This document shows positions 37,709-40,354 of a stretch of DNA of 40,354 nt, in pieces. Origin of the DNA: Fervidicoccaceae archaeon (GTDB lineage: Archaea; Thermoproteota; Thermoprotei_A; Sulfolobales; Fervidicoccaceae). Numbering within the stretch: the first letter of the stretch is position 1; every line of letters begins with the position of its first letter. A program made the position numbers and the translations under genes. The DNA lies in NCBI GenBank assembly GCA_038734945.1, contig JAVYOA010000009.1, forward strand, positions 496,001-536,354, written 5' to 3'. A model generated the notes under the pieces. It worked only from the letters and a program-made list of their open reading frames with translations. It was not told the DNA's origin and did no database searches.

Positions 37709-38665
37709 TTGATCCCATCAGCAGTTAGCAAAATAGCAGATGATATAAGAGAGATGAGGATAAGAGGGGCTGGGGCCATTGCTTTAGCAGCAGCTGAGGC
37801 AATGAAGCTCGCTGCTCAGAGCTATGAAGGAAGCAGCGCTGCCTTTGCCGAATATATGAGAGAAATAGCTAGGCTTCTGCTCCGCACCAGACCGACTGCA
37901 GTCTCACTTCCCAATGCAGTTTTCTACATCCTAAACAGAATGCCAAAGGATCCAGGCTCTCAGAGAGATGCAATAATAAGGACAGCAGATGAGTTCATTT
38001 CGCAGATGAAATCAGCTCAAGCTAGGTTGGCAAAATATGGCTCCAAGCTAATAAGAGATGGAAGCGTGATAATGACTCACTGTCACAGCACAGCTGTAGT
38101 AAGCACGCTAGTAACAGCTTGGAGAGATGGAAAAAGTTTCGAGGTGATCAATACAGAGACCAGGCCGAAGTTTCAGGGGAGAATCACTGCCTCGCTTCTT
38201 GCTAAGGAGGGGATCCCCGTTACCCATGTTCCCGATTCTAGCATGAGGTACCATATCTCGAGAGCAGACATGGTTATAGTAGGAGCAGATACGGTTACTA
38301 GCGATGGACACCTTATCAACAAGATCGGCACCAGCCTGTTGGCTCTAGCTGCCAAGGAGGCAGAGATAGAGTTCTACAGTGCAAGTGAGTCAATAAAGTT
38401 CAGCCCAGCATCTATGGCAGGAGGTCAGGTGATCATTGAGGAAAGGGAAGCCTCAGAAGTTGTGGGGGAAGGCAGCGAGCTGCTGCACGTGGATAACTTG
38501 AGAATAAGGAATCCTGCTTTCGATTTCACGCCGCCGGAGCTGATTACTGGCTTCATAACAGAGTACGGCATACTTCCTCCCAGAGCAACTTCACTCATAA
38601 TAAGGCATGTTTTCGGCCTTTCAAGCGGAATGATGCAGATCAAGCTGCTTGAGGATGAAGCATAG
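37709..38665 (+). CDS. Ribose-1,5-bisphosphate isomerase
   Basis: IRGAGAIA, TRPTAVSLPN, THCHS, ETRP-x2-QG, GADTV, NKIGT and NPAFDFTP motifs. Confidence 0.88.
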   Translation: MIPSAVSKIADDIREMRIRGAGAIALAAAEAMKLAAQSYEGSSAAFAEYMREIARLLLRTRPTAVSLPNAVFYILNRMPKDPGSQRDAIIRTADEFISQMKSAQARLAKYGSKLIRDGSVIMTHCHSTAVVSTLVTAWRDGKSFEVINTETRPKFQGRITASLLAKEGIPVTHVPDSSMRYHISRADMVIVGADTVTSDGHLINKIGTSLLALAAKEAEIEFYSASESIKFSPASMAGGQVIIEEREASEVVGEGSELLHVDNLRIRNPAFDFTPPELITGFITEYGILPPRATSLIIRHVFGLSSGMMQIKLLEDEA

Positions 38666-38689
38666 ATAGCAGCTTTTTCATTTGCTTCT

Positions 38690-39919
38690 CTATCCTCCTA
38701 TGCTGTAAAGGAAGCTCACAAAGCTGGTGATATCAGTGTTGTTCAGGAAATAGACTTTATTGACTCCTATCATTCCTAGCACGCTGCTCCAGCTACCAAG
38801 TGATCCGTTTATCCTAGATATGTAGGATGTAACAGCTGAATAAATGCTCGTGGGCTCGGCCTGAACTAGCTCCGTGAAGTCCTGTCCAAGGAGCTGGGCT
38901 CCTCCCGGATCCAACAGCGATGCCTTGCCATTTCCATACAGGACTAGAAGAAAGCCGTAATAGCGACTTCCATGCAGACCTGTCCCGTTCAATATAACAA
39001 CATAGATTTGAGGTGCGGAACCATAGTATGTCAAGTAGAAGTTCTCAAGCATTGAGGCGAAAAGAATGGCCTCATTTTTCGAATCTCCTATTCCCAGAGA
39101 GAGAGTTTCCGTCCCGCTCCTTAGATAGAAGGGAAGCTCCTGATAGGAAAAAGAGGAGCTCGAAGAATTGTAGCTTACAACTAAATAGGGAGTGTCAAAG
39201 TTATATAAAATTGTTTGCTTAATATAATTGTAAATTTTGTACATAGCAACATATGGATTCTCCCTGCTGTTTCCAAAAATGCTGTAAACTGCTTGTGCAA
39301 TAGCAGGGGAATTGTAATCTATGAACATGCTTGAGTATGGCGTTAAGCTTCCCCTCAGTTTGGTCATGTTTGAAATGGAGGCAAGATTTGAATCTATGGA
39401 GCTCATGCTCTCTGCAAGCTTTGAGGAATTGATGCTCAGCTTCTCATAGCTGTCCAGGAGTTGCTGGTAAGATTGATTTAAAGACCTATATGCATCGGAA
39501 AGGGCCGTGAAGTTAGCACTGAGGGATAGAAGCATCTCCTTTGTAGTGTTCAGCTCGTTGCTAACCTGCAGAAAACTGCTGAGATTGCTCCTCAGCGCAC
39601 TGTTCTCGCTCTCAAGCTGGGAGATCCGCTGGGTCAAATTGGCAATTGTGGAGTTGCATGAGAGCATTGCTGACATATATGTGGAATTAATGTTGAAGAG
39701 GGCTGCCCTAAGCTGCTGAATAACATTGAGGCTCTCAATGAATGACTGATTAAGGCTTGTATAGTTCCCAAGGAGAGACTGATATCTCTCCAAGAGCTGA
39801 GATAAGTCAGTGCTCCTGTTGCTGTTATAGGAGACGAGGAGTATAACAGCATCCACAAGAACTATTGTAATAATTAGAAGGGCAACAATCTGAATTAGCC
39901 TAGTATTCATTACCTCCAC
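38690..39919 (-). CDS. Membrane-anchored coiled-coil protein with a degenerate transglutaminase-like C-terminal domain
   Basis: N-terminal TM, long heptad region and many NxS/T sequons; IYNYIKQTILY, ETL-x4-GDSKNEAILFASM and LLDP motifs. Confidence 0.75.
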   Translation of the reverse strand: MEVMNTRLIQIVALLIITIVLVDAVILLVSYNSNRSTDLSQLLERYQSLLGNYTSLNQSFIESLNVIQQLRAALFNINSTYMSAMLSCNSTIANLTQRISQLESENSALRSNLSSFLQVSNELNTTKEMLLSLSANFTALSDAYRSLNQSYQQLLDSYEKLSINSSKLAESMSSIDSNLASISNMTKLRGSLTPYSSMFIDYNSPAIAQAVYSIFGNSRENPYVAMYKIYNYIKQTILYNFDTPYLVVSYNSSSSSFSYQELPFYLRSGTETLSLGIGDSKNEAILFASMLENFYLTYYGSAPQIYVVILNGTGLHGSRYYGFLLVLYGNGKASLLDPGGAQLLGQDFTELVQAEPTSIYSAVTSYISRINGSLGSWSSVLGMIGVNKVYFLNNTDITSFVSFLYSIGG

Positions 39920-39961
39920 TCTCTGTTATTCCATGCTAGAGGATTTCCCACTCAAAATAGC

Positions 39962-40333
39962 TTATTGGTAGTCATCAAGATAAATTTTTATTATAGGAAA
40001 ACTGAGCTCGTGAGAACTTGAACTCAGGAAATTTAGCTTAGGAAGCTCTGTTCCAGTGTGTTGGTGTTTCATGGTTTTTGCGTGAGTTGAAATATGACAT
40101 ATTGTTTCTAGGCTAAGGTCTTTGACGCTCCATGGATCCCGCAGAGTACTTCTCGCTTTAACACACTTTTCAACTGTTACAATACTAAATTCTATGAAAT
40201 CTCTTTAGCTAGTAATCACCTCAATCTTGAGAAACCTGTCTTCCTCCTCGTTTCTAGCTGTTCTAACTCTTTGCTTAAAGCAGTTCACTACATCATCTAC
40301 ATCTATTCGAAGTGTGGAAATTCTACTACTCAT
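39962..40333 (-). pseudogene. Possible gene remnant: 42-codon ORF, in-frame TAA, then 80 more open codons
   Basis: Hand translation: MSSRISTLRIDVDDVVNCFKQRVRTARNEEEDRFLKIEVITS*RDFIEFSIVTVEK...DDYQ*. Confidence 0.35.
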
Positions 40334-40354
40334 ACTCTAGCCCCCGATTGCATT

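Noticed and set aside
39930..39980. TTGATGA C-box-like motif on the minus strand
   Set aside because: No CTGA D box at a suitable distance and no credible guide match.

Overview
Gene-dense housekeeping and metabolic region of a thermophilic crenarchaeon (Thermoproteota). A Fervidicoccales/Desulfurococcales-like lineage is my inference from gene content, GGTGA ribosome-binding sites and a BHB-type tRNA intron. The window holds about 37 CDSs, including a KaiC/RadA-like ATPase, PduO, ThiDN, PheRS alpha/beta plus AlaX, a four-subunit 2-oxoacid:ferredoxin oxidoreductase, HisRS, OTCase, a bioY-ECF-birA operon, MetAP, a Lon-like surface protease, cdd, SAM decarboxylase and two tandem eIF2B-family genes. 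It also has tRNA-Asp(GTC) and an intron-containing tRNA-Tyr(GTA). No CRISPR array, transposase or integrase was seen. The most notable signals: (1) a minus-strand H/ACA-type pseudouridylation guide RNA at ~12445-12523 whose pocket matches the 23S rRNA peptidyl-transferase-centre sequence around U2593 (E. coli numbering); (2) a ribose-1,5-bisphosphate isomerase preceded by a paralog with both catalytic residues altered; (3) a divergent pair of RHH regulators, one aCcr1-like, with repeats between them; (4) a nested inverted repeat over the bioY promoter; (5) a membrane-anchored coiled-coil protein with an apparently inactivated transglutaminase-like domain. All family assignments come from motif recognition, not database searches.
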